Source: Escherichia phage PECP20. Taken from it: a stretch of DNA of 64,000 bases. Both the position numbers and the translations under genes were made by a program. The stretch is from the sequence record OQ873415.1. One strand, given 5' to 3'. This document shows, piece after piece, positions 17,355 to 25,785 of the stretch. Numbering within the stretch: position 1 is the stretch's first letter; every line of letters starts with the position of its first letter. A model generated the notes under the pieces. That model had not been told where the DNA came from. It saw only the letters and a program-made list of their open reading frames with translations, and did not search any database.

Positions 17355-17824
17355 TTAGCCTTATATTCAAGAGTAGGACAGACTTTTTCTTTACGAGCTT
17401 TAAGGTATTCACCTATTAATGATTTCTTACGTTCAATAGGCTCAAGTCCATTTTTAATTCGTTCTTGGTTTTGCGCAATGAGCTCAATTTCTTTATAATA
17501 TTTTCTGTCGTTATATTTGTCTAACAACCAAGACGGACCAATTACCAACCCGGTAGCAATAAAAGCCATGACTGCTACAATTAAAATGCCTACACCAATT
17601 GAGGCTGGAACTAATGTCCATAGACTGCTAAAAACAAAGAATTTAGTTAAAATTTCCTGGCCAATGATTGTGACTGCTGCTAAAATCGCAAATCCAATAA
17701 TTGAAACAGCCAATACCGGGATTAACGTTTTCCAAAAATAAGCACACAACGTTTTCGGACGATTCCATGTACTATTGAACGCGGCATAAATTTTAAAGTG
17801 CCAAGAGTTTTCATTGATAATCAT
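17351..17824 (-). CDS. Hypothetical membrane protein (157 aa, 2-3 transmembrane helices); stop overlaps the nucleotidyltransferase start (ATGA)
   Basis: Hydrophobic segments LIPVLAVSIIGFAILAAVTII and GVGILIVAVMAFIATGLVIG. Confidence 0.5.
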   Translation of the reverse strand: MIINENSWHFKIYAAFNSTWNRPKTLCAYFWKTLIPVLAVSIIGFAILAAVTIIGQEILTKFFVFSSLWTLVPASIGVGILIVAVMAFIATGLVIGPSWLLDKYNDRKYYKEIELIAQNQERIKNGLEPIERKKSLIGEYLKARKEKVCPTLEYKAK

Positions 17825-17833
17825 AATAATTCC

Positions 17834-18364
17834 TTATTTCAAAGTTGGGATAATAGAATCGAGATAAGCTTTAAGAGCAACTGCTTCATCTTTGTCTAAT
17901 GTAACGATATGTTGACGAAGGTCATCAATTTGACGAATAACTACAACATCGCCATCTTCATAAGAAGGATTAACGCCTAGGACCGTTGTATAGTCAGGGC
18001 GGTCCTGATTTGTAATAAAAGCATTACGGCATTTAGCCCATTGAAGTTTGGCCTTTTTGGCTATTTCAGATTCCATTAATTCTTTCACCTTAGTGACGAA
18101 TGTTTTCCAATTATTGATAGAAAGGCATTCATCTTCTGTTTCGATATTAACCCCACTATAAAGACCGTGATAAAAACGAACTTGAAGGTCTTCATCGATG
18201 TTAATTACAGATGCATGGCCCGGCGGATTGAGTTTCAAAATCTTGTCCAGTTCCATAGGAAGAATAGTAACAGAATCATCTTCTTGTGTCAGAACGTAAG
18301 CATAACCACGTTTTTCGATACATAAATCACCAAACAACTCGGTTGTTTCAATTACAATTTTCAT
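17834..18364 (-). CDS. Hypothetical protein (~176 aa)
   Basis: ORF track, start at internal ATG. Confidence 0.45.
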   Translation of the reverse strand: MKIVIETTELFGDLCIEKRGYAYVLTQEDDSVTILPMELDKILKLNPPGHASVINIDEDLQVRFYHGLYSGVNIETEDECLSINNWKTFVTKVKELMESEIAKKAKLQWAKCRNAFITNQDRPDYTTVLGVNPSYEDGDVVVIRQIDDLRQHIVTLDKDEAVALKAYLDSIIPTLK

Positions 18365-18376
18365 ATTATTCACCAA

Positions 18377-18544
18377 TTAAAGTTTCAACAAAATTCACCA
18401 AAGCATTCTGGCACGCATCAACCTGATTTTCATAAAAGTCTCCGTTATCATTTACCGCGTGATAAGCTACATCATTCAAATCTGAATCGGCTTCACGTAG
18501 GTCACGGATAAGGTCCATCAATTTATTAGCTTGTTCACGGGTCA
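18377..18544 (-). CDS. Small hypothetical protein (55 aa), not in the ORF track
   Basis: Hand translation MTREQANKLMDLIRDLREADSDLNDVAYHAVNDNGDFYENQVDACQNALVNFVETLIGE. Confidence 0.3.
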
Positions 18545-18680
18545 TTTTACCATACTCGTTTCAATAAGATTCACTATGCCGTTTACCATGTTATAAGTAA
18601 ACATCGGATAATTGTATTGTACTACAACATAAGCGATAAGCAAAAGTTTCATTTTGTTCTCCGTTCGTTTTGGTAGGACT

Positions 18681-18710
18681 ACTATAACATAGTCCTACCA
18701 AGATGTAAAC
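18681..18710 (-). promoter_or_regulatory. T4-type early promoter (GTTTAC ... TATAGT) with perfect 10-bp inverted repeat GGTAGGACTA/TAGTCCTACC around the -10
   Basis: Minus-strand read. Confidence 0.5.
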
Positions 18711-18916
18711 TACCGATTGTGTTTTAAATGTTGATAAAGTTCTTCAACTTGTTTAGGGTCCAAAACAATTAGGTCATTTTCTTGACGAAGATAAATCCAT
18801 CCCTTATCCCCAGGGCCATTTTTACAAAACATCACCACCATATCATCATCTTCAGCGCTTTCAGGCAAAAGTTCAAGTACACCGTCTTCAGATTTTCCAG
18901 TATAATCGTAAAGCAT
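18710..18916 (-). CDS. Hypothetical acidic protein (~68 aa)
   Basis: ORF track, start at internal ATG. Confidence 0.4.
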   Translation of the reverse strand: MLYDYTGKSEDGVLELLPESAEDDDMVVMFCKNGPGDKGWIYLRQENDLIVLDPKQVEELYQHLKHNR

Positions 18917-18923
18917 AATGTCC

Positions 18924-19103
18924 TCACATAATCTCGTTAACATACATTTGCAATTCGGTGTGGGCGTCGGCCATCTTTTTCATAGCTCTGTTAATGTCGA
19001 TGTCTCCATCTTCGCAACCATGAGCATTTTCCCAATCAGATACCGCATTAGCGTACTCTTCAATCAAAAACATCAACTTAGAAATCTTTTCTTTACGTGT
19101 CAT
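18924..19103 (-). CDS. Hypothetical protein (~59 aa), at the T4 rI.-1 position
   Basis: Internal ATG with GAGGAG ribosome-binding site; lies downstream of rI. Confidence 0.4.
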   Translation of the reverse strand: MTRKEKISKLMFLIEEYANAVSDWENAHGCEDGDIDINRAMKKMADAHTELQMYVNEIM

Positions 19104-19130
19104 AACGTTCTCCTCTAGTAAGTAAGGACT

Positions 19131-19159
19131 ACTATAACACATCTCAAGGAGAAGTAAAC
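19131..19159 (-). promoter_or_regulatory. T4-type early promoter (GTTTAC, 17 nt, TATAGT)
   Basis: Minus strand: GTTTACTTCTCCTTGAGATGTGTTATAGT. Confidence 0.55.
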
Positions 19160-19170
19160 TGTTAAATACC

Positions 19171-19198
19171 AAAAAGCCCCAACCATAAGGAAGGGGCT
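19171..19198 (-). terminator. Intrinsic terminator after rI (AGCCCC stem, then TTTTTGG)
   Basis: Hairpin plus U-run on the minus strand just past the rI stop. Confidence 0.6.
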
Positions 19199-19204
19199 AG
19201 TAAA

Positions 19205-19507
19205 TTAGATAGATGTAGGCTCTAATTTTATTTTCATGAACTCAGCAAATTGTCTGGCAGTTTTTATGCCTTGTTCATGACATTCAAATGCATCATCACA
19301 GGGGCTATTTTTGTAATGCTTTGCCATATACTTATAGAATTTTTCAGAATTCTCGACATTTTGAATTTCAAACAAAGTATATACGTTTTTAATCCCTGAT
19401 TCCATAAAGTTATCAAAATATGGGTCAATATGTGCAGTACCAACGATAGGAGTTGTTGCTGCAAAAAACCCCAGCATCGCCATGACAGCTATCGCTCTTA
19501 AGGCCAT
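19205..19507 (-). CDS. rI: Lysis-inhibition regulator rI (signal-anchored periplasmic protein)
   Basis: MALRAIAVMAMLGFFAATTPIVGTAHIDPYFDNFMESGIKNVY... matches T4 rI in length (100 aa) and sequence as I remember it. Confidence 0.8.
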   Translation of the reverse strand: MALRAIAVMAMLGFFAATTPIVGTAHIDPYFDNFMESGIKNVYTLFEIQNVENSEKFYKYMAKHYKNSPCDDAFECHEQGIKTARQFAEFMKIKLEPTSI

Positions 19508-19519
19508 ATAGGCCTCCTG

Positions 19520-19732
19520 TTAATTTTGGCCAGTATTTATTTTTCGCCTTTGGACGGCCTTAACATCTGTGAGGTATTTTTCCAGCTTGCGCTTGCGTGT
19601 ATAATCAGCTTTAGAACCAGTTTGACGGATATCCTCGTTTAAATGAGAAATAGAATGTCCTAATTCTCTTCGGATTTCATCCAATTGGGTTACAGTAAGA
19701 TTACGAAGTTGTCTTTCGTTTAATTGCTGCAT
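19520..19732 (-). CDS. Hypothetical protein (70 aa), at the T4 rI.1 position
   Basis: ORF track; synteny. Confidence 0.45.
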   Translation of the reverse strand: MQQLNERQLRNLTVTQLDEIRRELGHSISHLNEDIRQTGSKADYTRKRKLEKYLTDVKAVQRRKINTGQN

Positions 19733-19759
19733 ATATACCTCTTGGTTAGATATTAGTAT

Positions 19760-20341
19760 TTATAACAACCCTGTCAAATCATTCCAATGCTTCCGGCATA
19801 ATGACACATATCTATCGGTATCACCAATTTCAATTTGACTGCCATCTGTAATTGGAAGTCCGTCTTCCGTGACTCTAGCTACCATTGTGGCCTTTTTACC
19901 ACAATGACAGACACCTTTAAGTTCAACAAGCTTATCGGCAATAGCCATTAATGCTTGAGAACCTTCAAATAGATTACCTTTAAAATCTGTTCGTAGTCCA
20001 TATGCCATTACCGGCACATTGTATACGTCAACAATACGACTAAGTTGATACACCTTTTCAGTAGTTAAGAACTGAGCTTCGTCAACAAATACGCAGTGAA
20101 TATCCTTTTGTGCTGCAGCCCATTTATAGAATTCAAAGATATCCATGTCTTTTGTAATTATATTGGCATCCTGACGAATACCAATACGAGAGACTATTTC
20201 ACCTTTTGAATCACGAGTATCAATAGCCGGTTTAAGAACTAATACACCCATGCCACGTTCTTTATAGTTATGTGCGGCAGTAAGTAATGAAGCAGACTTA
20301 CCAGCGTTCATAGCGGCATAGGTAAAAATTAAACTAGCCAT
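19760..20341 (-). CDS. tk: Thymidine kinase
   Basis: 193 aa; P-loop NAGKSASLL; same length as T4 Tk. Confidence 0.9.
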   Translation of the reverse strand: MASLIFTYAAMNAGKSASLLTAAHNYKERGMGVLVLKPAIDTRDSKGEIVSRIGIRQDANIITKDMDIFEFYKWAAAQKDIHCVFVDEAQFLTTEKVYQLSRIVDVYNVPVMAYGLRTDFKGNLFEGSQALMAIADKLVELKGVCHCGKKATMVARVTEDGLPITDGSQIEIGDTDRYVSLCRKHWNDLTGLL

Positions 20342-20350
20342 AAGAGTCCC

Positions 20351-20533
20351 TTATAGTGAATTCACGTAGTCAATGAGTTCTTGTTCTTTCCTGTCAAATG
20401 ATTCCATCAATGCTTGATATTCTTCGTCTGTTAAAGGAGCATATTCATCGTACGCATTAGTGGCTGCTTGCTCATCCAATAGGTCATGGATAAGTTCGAA
20501 CAGTTTAGTTTTCTCTTCTTTAGTCAATTTCAT
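20351..20533 (-). CDS. Hypothetical acidic protein (60 aa), tk.1 position
   Basis: ORF track; synteny. Confidence 0.45.
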   Translation of the reverse strand: MKLTKEEKTKLFELIHDLLDEQAATNAYDEYAPLTDEEYQALMESFDRKEQELIDYVNSL

Positions 20534-20736
20534 TTAGGTTCACCTTCTTTAACGAAATCTGGGTAAGGGTAAAATCCTGAGTAAAACCCTTCACCTTTAT
20601 GATTGCTACAACCTTTGTTCGAACAGTAACACCAATAATCAAAATCACAAGCCATTTCGTCATTGCATAAAGCAAAAACTACAGGCCATTCGCATTTTTC
20701 GCATTTAGCACCTGTAAGAATTTTTGTTTGACTCAT
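20530..20736 (-). CDS. Small Cys-rich protein (~68 aa; CEKC...C...C), tk.2 position
   Basis: ORF track; multiple Cys pairs suggest metal binding. Confidence 0.4.
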   Translation of the reverse strand: MSQTKILTGAKCEKCEWPVVFALCNDEMACDFDYWCYCSNKGCSNHKGEGFYSGFYPYPDFVKEGEPK

Positions 20737-20945
20737 AACCATTTGACCTGCATGCAATATTCTTCGACATGCTTTTTACGACATTTCTTATCAATAAAGG
20801 TATATTCCATAAAGCGTCCATGATAACGACGTTCAACATCGTGAGGGGTGTTAATAGGACACTTAGTCTGGCGAATTTCTTCCCATTCACGAATAATAAC
20901 TGCTTTATTCTTTGGGTCATACGGGTGAGGATAATGCACATTCAT
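20733..20945 (-). CDS. Hypothetical protein (~70 aa), tk.3 position
   Basis: ORF track. Confidence 0.4.
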   Translation of the reverse strand: MNVHYPHPYDPKNKAVIIREWEEIRQTKCPINTPHDVERRYHGRFMEYTFIDKKCRKKHVEEYCMQVKWL

Positions 20946-21409
20946 AACAATGGTTCCCAATCAACAATCACAATTTCTAGTTTAGTGGAATACGTATCTA
21001 AAATCTCTTCGATGACATCCCAGTTTCCACCACCAATACCTGCACCAATTCTTGGCATATAAATTACAGGCTTTGTTATCTTATTTTTTCCGAATTCATT
21101 TAATTCTATTATACAATTCATTAAAGCAGAGTACTCAAAATTAGGTCCCGGCTCAAACTGTGTATAAAGATTAAAGCAATAAGCTTTATGGGTCTTAAAA
21201 TATTTTTCATAAACCGAATAAGTCCCGAGTTTAGACTCGTCTCCGAATTCGGTTTGAAGTTTATCGGCTTCTAAAATTTTTGGATAAGCCTTTGCCAATT
21301 GACCTGCTACACCGGCACCCATTGTATGAAAACAATTGCACCCATGAGCAATATTATTACCTTTAGAAAACAGGGCGACAATATCGCCCTTGATATAGTT
21401 TTTAATCAC
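20942..21409 (-). CDS. Macro-domain-like protein (candidate ADP-ribose binding/processing), 155 aa
   Basis: Gly-rich motifs HGCNCFHTMGAGVAGQLAKAY and GAGIGGGNW resemble macrodomain signatures. Confidence 0.45.
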   Translation of the reverse strand: MIKNYIKGDIVALFSKGNNIAHGCNCFHTMGAGVAGQLAKAYPKILEADKLQTEFGDESKLGTYSVYEKYFKTHKAYCFNLYTQFEPGPNFEYSALMNCIIELNEFGKNKITKPVIYMPRIGAGIGGGNWDVIEEILDTYSTKLEIVIVDWEPLL

Positions 21410-21749
21410 TTGCTACAAGTCCTCTAGTATAAGAGTCAACTAGACGGTCCACCATAGAATTGCATGCTGCCTTATCTTTAGGTTCCGCCACCGAGCATTC
21501 TAATATTTGCCATTTTTTATAGTATCTTTTAATTAAGGTAGACGCCTTGAACCTACTAGACGCCCCATCTTTTTCTCCGTCTTTATACGCATATAACAAT
21601 TTTTGTGAAAAATCTACTTTACACTCTTGACTTTTACCACAATAATCAGACGCCGTTCTGTTTGTATACTCCGTTACATCAGTATATGTAGTATTAGCAA
21701 GAGCGTTAAATGAAACCAAGCCAACTATTAAAGCTAACATTTTGGTCAT
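21402..21749 (-). CDS. Secreted protein with signal peptide (115 aa); position and length match T4 vs
   Basis: MTKMLALIVGLVSFNALA signal peptide; synteny only. Confidence 0.4.
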   Translation of the reverse strand: MTKMLALIVGLVSFNALANTTYTDVTEYTNRTASDYCGKSQECKVDFSQKLLYAYKDGEKDGASSRFKASTLIKRYYKKWQILECSVAEPKDKAACNSMVDRLVDSYTRGLVASD

Positions 21750-22288
21750 TCTTTTATTTCCAGTAGTTTATTTGATTTAAGGTAATTAGCCTTTTCTAGG
21801 ACTTCAGAAGCATATTTACTTCCAGCACTTGTCTTCCACCCCGCATTATATGAGGATATAGCTTTTCTTATATCCCCGTTATGTATATTTAACCAATAAG
21901 AAAATTCGATATAAGCCCATCTGGCCGAATTAGACCGCTTAGATAGCATTTTCTTAATTTGGGCATCAGACATATTATAACCAAGCTGGTTAATTCTTGC
22001 CCTCATTGTTGGTAGATAGTTTTGGAACATTCCATACGCATGGTGACCTTTCTTATCTTTAAGATTAATACCGGCAGATGATTCTTGCCATAGTATTGCG
22101 GCCATTATGTATCCAAGTCCTTTCTTATGCATATTTTCATGCGTTTTAAATTTTCCGTCCTTAGAAAACTGTTCCCCAAACTGATAAGCATAATTCAAGT
22201 TATCGAGTTGGACATTACTAAAAGTATGCTCGGAGCTATGTGCTGATAACGAAAGAGCAAATAGACCAGCGAGTAGTGCTTTTCTCAT
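21746..22288 (-). CDS. Secreted lytic transglycosylase-like protein (SLT domain; ES, GMFQ and SYNAG motifs), 180 aa
   Basis: Signal peptide MRKALLAGLFALSLSA plus motifs WQESSAG / YGMFQ / SYNAGW. Confidence 0.55.
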   Translation of the reverse strand: MRKALLAGLFALSLSAHSSEHTFSNVQLDNLNYAYQFGEQFSKDGKFKTHENMHKKGLGYIMAAILWQESSAGINLKDKKGHHAYGMFQNYLPTMRARINQLGYNMSDAQIKKMLSKRSNSARWAYIEFSYWLNIHNGDIRKAISSYNAGWKTSAGSKYASEVLEKANYLKSNKLLEIKE

Positions 22289-22296
22289 GTTTACCT

Positions 22297-22755
22297 CTAG
22301 ATTTTAATCACTGCTTTAGAAGCTTTTCCTGGTAGTCGTTTACTGTTAATAATAGCCATTCTACATTGAAGAGTCTTCATTTTGAATGTTGGATTTTCGC
22401 GACAGACTGTAAGTCCTAACCAAAGATTTCCATCAGTTATTTCTAAACGGCCTGGGCGATATTCGACACCTTCGACAAAATCTTCATCAACATCTGGACG
22501 TGCCGGCATTGATAAAAATTCTGCAACTTCTTTAACATGATTTTTTACTTTATGAAATAATTCAAAAACGTAATTCTCATCTATTTCTCTCTGGATGGCG
22601 CGATCTAAGAGATGTTGAGAATACTTGATATGAAAGCCTGGTAGTCCAAAAGACTTTGCAGCATCTTTTATACCGGCATTTATTTTGCGGAACTCCGTTT
22701 CAAAGATTCGACGGAGTTTATTACGGCGGATAAAAACTTCCGAATTGATAGTCAT
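22297..22755 (-). CDS. regB: Site-specific RNA endonuclease RegB
   Basis: MTINSEVFIRRNKLRRIFETEFRKIN...HLLDRAIQREIDE...QCRMAIINSKRLPGKASKAVIK is near-identical to T4 RegB as I remember it. Confidence 0.9.
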   Translation of the reverse strand: MTINSEVFIRRNKLRRIFETEFRKINAGIKDAAKSFGLPGFHIKYSQHLLDRAIQREIDENYVFELFHKVKNHVKEVAEFLSMPARPDVDEDFVEGVEYRPGRLEITDGNLWLGLTVCRENPTFKMKTLQCRMAIINSKRLPGKASKAVIKI

Positions 22756-22783
22756 TTTGATTTCTCCTCTAGTTGACAGGTCT

Positions 22784-22812
22784 ATAGTAACACAACTAGA
22801 GGAGAAGTAAAC
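22784..22812 (-). promoter_or_regulatory. T4-type early promoter (GTTTAC, 17 nt, TACTAT) with 11-bp inverted repeat TCCTCTAGTTG/CAACTAGAGGA around the -10
   Basis: Minus-strand read; upstream of regB. Confidence 0.55.
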
Positions 22813-23111
22813 TACTCTTTGAAAGGAATTAACTTTTTAACTGCTTTAGATACTTCGTCACGAACCTGATGGAAGTTCTTGAGCTGTTCAAGGCGTTGTT
22901 CGTAATACGCAATCTCATCTTCTTCAAGACAATCGTCAGCGTCTTCTTTCAGATATGCCTTGTACTCATTAAAGAGGGCCCATAGGCGGTTCTCAAAGTC
23001 ATCAAGGCTTTGAATTTTCTTGTGCTTCGGAACAAGGCCAAAAGGATTGCTTTCAGTTATGCGTCTAGATGCTTCATAATGAGTTCCAAAGCCTGATAGG
23101 ATTTGAGCCAT
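22812..23111 (-). CDS. Hypothetical protein (99 aa), vs.3 position
   Basis: ORF track. Confidence 0.45.
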   Translation of the reverse strand: MAQILSGFGTHYEASRRITESNPFGLVPKHKKIQSLDDFENRLWALFNEYKAYLKEDADDCLEEDEIAYYEQRLEQLKNFHQVRDEVSKAVKKLIPFKE

Positions 23112-23377
23112 TAGTATTTTTCCTCAGGTCGAAATACTGCACGACAGGCCCACATGCTGGCTTCTTTTAGATGTTGCTTAGCATACTTAAGAGCCTGTAC
23201 TGCATCCATATCTTCTTTGGTTTGTTGCTCTGTTTCATTTTCTTTCAAGATATATGCTTCTTCAATCAGAGCATCAAACAACAATCCAAGACGGACTTCT
23301 GCATCTTTAATAGCGTTCACTTTACCGATTTTATCGTCGGTATGTGGCTTGTAGCCTTTAATATCTTCAATCGACAT
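23111..23377 (-). CDS. Small protein at the T4 vs.4 position; candidate Acb2-like cyclic-oligonucleotide sponge
   Basis: Synteny (regB - vs.3 - this gene) and size (~88 aa); start at internal ATG with GAGGAA ribosome-binding site; identity not confirmed. Confidence 0.4.
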   Translation of the reverse strand: MSIEDIKGYKPHTDDKIGKVNAIKDAEVRLGLLFDALIEEAYILKENETEQQTKEDMDAVQALKYAKQHLKEASMWACRAVFRPEEKY

Positions 23378-23591
23378 AAGGAATTTCCTCATCGGTGGCA
23401 AGGTCATATTCGACCAATTGGATAGGCTCATTAATACCATATCCACGTACAGTGATATCAGTTGCCGGATAGTTTCCAGTAATATCACCCATTCTAAATG
23501 CTTCAATGAATGATTGCTCGCCTGAGCAACTAAACCAGGCGGCAAAACATTTTAAAACATCTTCAGACCCTTCTATAATCAATTTAGCCAT
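23367..23591 (-). CDS. Hypothetical protein (74 aa)
   Basis: ORF track. Confidence 0.45.
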   Translation of the reverse strand: MAKLIIEGSEDVLKCFAAWFSCSGEQSFIEAFRMGDITGNYPATDITVRGYGINEPIQLVEYDLATDEEIPYVD

Positions 23592-23953
23592 TATAGACTC
23601 TCAGTAAAGGTACGAGCGATAACGTCACGCTGCTGTTCCGGAGTCAGAGAGTTAAAGCGAACTGCATAACCGGATACACGGATGGTCAGCTGCGGATATT
23701 TTTCCGGATGCTTAACTGCATCTTCCAGAGTTTCACGACGCAGAACATTAACGTTCAGGTGTTGACCACCTTCAATTTTAACTTTAGGTTGATGTTCAAT
23801 TTCAATTTCGCGGGCATGTAAACCGTAGAAAATTTCCGGGTCTACAATAGCGTCTTCTTTAAAAGTCTTAGAGACAATAATCCGGGCTTGAGTACCGTCT
23901 TCAAAATAAATAGTGCCTTTGTGTGTGCCTTCAAGAATTTGATATGCTTTCAT
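23591..23953 (-). CDS. Autonomous glycyl radical cofactor (GrcA/YfiD-like)
   Basis: C-terminal half ...[60 protein letters not shown] carries the glycyl-radical signature RVSGY and matches E. coli GrcA as I remember it. Confidence 0.8.
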   Translation of the reverse strand: MKAYQILEGTHKGTIYFEDGTQARIIVSKTFKEDAIVDPEIFYGLHAREIEIEHQPKVKIEGGQHLNVNVLRRETLEDAVKHPEKYPQLTIRVSGYAVRFNSLTPEQQRDVIARTFTESL

Positions 23954-23959
23954 ATAACC

Positions 23960-24268
23960 TCAATTAGAAAATAAATTTATCCAAGTTTTTTCTTTAATCA
24001 AAAATGGGTCGGAATTAAACGCCATTAAACTTTGAGTGATTAATCCCTTAAATGGCCCATCAATAAATTCCATTTTGAAATGCGGAATACTAGTCATCAA
24101 CCGTGCATTAGGAGCAGTACAAAGAACCTGCTGCCCTGCGAACGGACCTTTAGTCAAACGGTATCGTTTAGGTTTAAAATGGTAAATCTCGTAATTTTCT
24201 ACAAGAGCCCTTTTATTGCATACTGGGCTGTTATAACAATACTCAAAAACTTCAATAGTGGTCATCAT
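23960..24268 (-). CDS. Hypothetical protein (102 aa)
   Basis: ORF track. Confidence 0.45.
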   Translation of the reverse strand: MMTTIEVFEYCYNSPVCNKRALVENYEIYHFKPKRYRLTKGPFAGQQVLCTAPNARLMTSIPHFKMEFIDGPFKGLITQSLMAFNSDPFLIKEKTWINLFSN

Positions 24269-24804
24269 TGCATTCCAATCACAAAAAATTGAGGACGAGC
24301 ATTACCGCCGATGCAATATTTGCTTTTGCAACAGTGTTGGACTGTTTTAATATGTACATTGTAAATCTTATCCATATCAGGAGCTTTAATAGGCTCGTCA
24401 ATTATATACAGAATACGAGAAAGCGTTAATCCACGGAATTTAGAACCTTCATTGCCAATAAAACTACGAACAGAATCAGTAAATAAACGGAATCGAATAT
24501 CGTCGCTAGAATAACGAGAAAATTCTTTTTTAATGTTGCCAGCAGAAATTTTAGAATAAGCTGAAGTATTAGAAAGAACAATAACTGTTCCACCATCATA
24601 CAGCCAATTAACAGCAAAATTAGTTACTGCGGTCGATTTACCTGATTGTCGGCCGCCGTCTAAACGAAGTGTACAGTACTGCTTGAGTACGTCTTCAAAC
24701 GGTGGGATATAACCGTTCTTACAAATTTCTTCTACTCTAGCATCAGAATGGTGTGTAAAAGCATTCATCAGGGATAGATAAGGTCCAGTTAAAAATGTTC
24801 TCAT
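24265..24804 (-). CDS. Hypothetical P-loop protein (Walker A GGRQSGKST), 179 aa
   Basis: Walker A motif in the translation. Confidence 0.5.
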   Translation of the reverse strand: MRTFLTGPYLSLMNAFTHHSDARVEEICKNGYIPPFEDVLKQYCTLRLDGGRQSGKSTAVTNFAVNWLYDGGTVIVLSNTSAYSKISAGNIKKEFSRYSSDDIRFRLFTDSVRSFIGNEGSKFRGLTLSRILYIIDEPIKAPDMDKIYNVHIKTVQHCCKSKYCIGGNARPQFFVIGMQ

Positions 24805-24976
24805 TTAGTTTCTCTTAAGGTTGGGGCCATTCCATGGCACATGTTAGGTCCTTCGACTCGCTATGTAAACCCATTACCGCATTGCGCTCGACCTTATTAC
24901 AGGTTGGAAAAGGTACATCACTCAGAGGACTCGACGTTCATGAGGAGAGGTTGCGTTTCCCTTTATTAGGCAAGAA

Positions 24977-25306
24977 TTATACTCTAGGCTTTTGAGCTTG
25001 TTTGGTATTGGATTCCCATGTGGCTTTGGTAATTTTGTTAGCGGCATAACCAAAGGCATTAGATAGAACACCTTTAGAGTTGAATACATCCAATCCAATA
25101 AGTACACCGGCTGTGTTAAATTTAGGAGCAAAGTACGCATTAGTTTTAGAAAGAGCTTTTTTCAATTCAGGGTCTTGAACCAAGTCATCAAAAACGCCTT
25201 TACTATTTACTTTATATGTTACTTTGGGATTTTTACTTTCTTCGATAGCAGCTTTCTGTTCCGCAGATAATGTAACTTCAGTGATAAACTCTTGATATGT
25301 TTTCAT
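24977..25306 (-). CDS. Internal-protein-like head protein with N-terminal capsid-targeting sequence (MKTYQEFITE...)
   Basis: N-terminus matches the T4 internal-protein targeting consensus MKTYQEFIAE; AAGGAAAAA ribosome-binding site. Confidence 0.55.
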   Translation of the reverse strand: MKTYQEFITEVTLSAEQKAAIEESKNPKVTYKVNSKGVFDDLVQDPELKKALSKTNAYFAPKFNTAGVLIGLDVFNSKGVLSNAFGYAANKITKATWESNTKQAQKPRV

Positions 25307-25313
25307 TTTTTCC

Positions 25314-25727
25314 TTAGTAAATTGATTTACCATAGTATTTGTACCAAGTCGGACGTTGAGCAATTTTTTCATCTAAGCGTGCTTGACTTATCGCAATGGA
25401 CACTTCGGACGGGACATAATTATTACGAAATTCGGCAGGAATGTCGGAAATATCCTGGACTGTCGTGTCCTTGATTTTGAAACCACGTTTCAAACATTCA
25501 GCGATTAGCTCGATTTGTCGTAAACGTAAAAATTCAAGTTTGTCGTAAAAGAATGTTACGTGACCTGTGCCTAAGATAAATGTTGGAGAGATTTTAAAAT
25601 CCTTTACACGTTTACCGTTTTGAACATGTTTACGGACTGCACCAAATACGCGTGGTAATTCACGATACTCAGCCATAAGATGTTGGTCGGACAGTTCAGA
25701 AACAAGTGTTAAATTGATACGAGTCAT
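25314..25727 (-). CDS. denV: Endonuclease V (pyrimidine-dimer DNA glycosylase) DenV
   Basis: [34 protein letters not shown]... near-identical to T4 DenV; 138 aa. Confidence 0.9.
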   Translation of the reverse strand: MTRINLTLVSELSDQHLMAEYRELPRVFGAVRKHVQNGKRVKDFKISPTFILGTGHVTFFYDKLEFLRLRQIELIAECLKRGFKIKDTTVQDISDIPAEFRNNYVPSEVSIAISQARLDEKIAQRPTWYKYYGKSIY

Positions 25728-25754
25728 AATTTCCTCCAAGTAGTTGATGAATGT

Positions 25755-25784
25755 ATAGTATCAAAACCCTTGGAGGAAGTAAAC
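25755..25784 (-). promoter_or_regulatory. T4-type early promoter (GTTTAC, 18 nt, TACTAT) upstream of denV
   Basis: Minus-strand read. Confidence 0.5.
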
Positions 25785-25785
25785 A

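Noticed and set aside
24805-24976. tRNA in the 170-nt non-coding tract upstream of the vs.8-position gene
   Set aside because: No GTTCRANYC T-loop or cloverleaf could be found; left as an unexplained non-coding tract.
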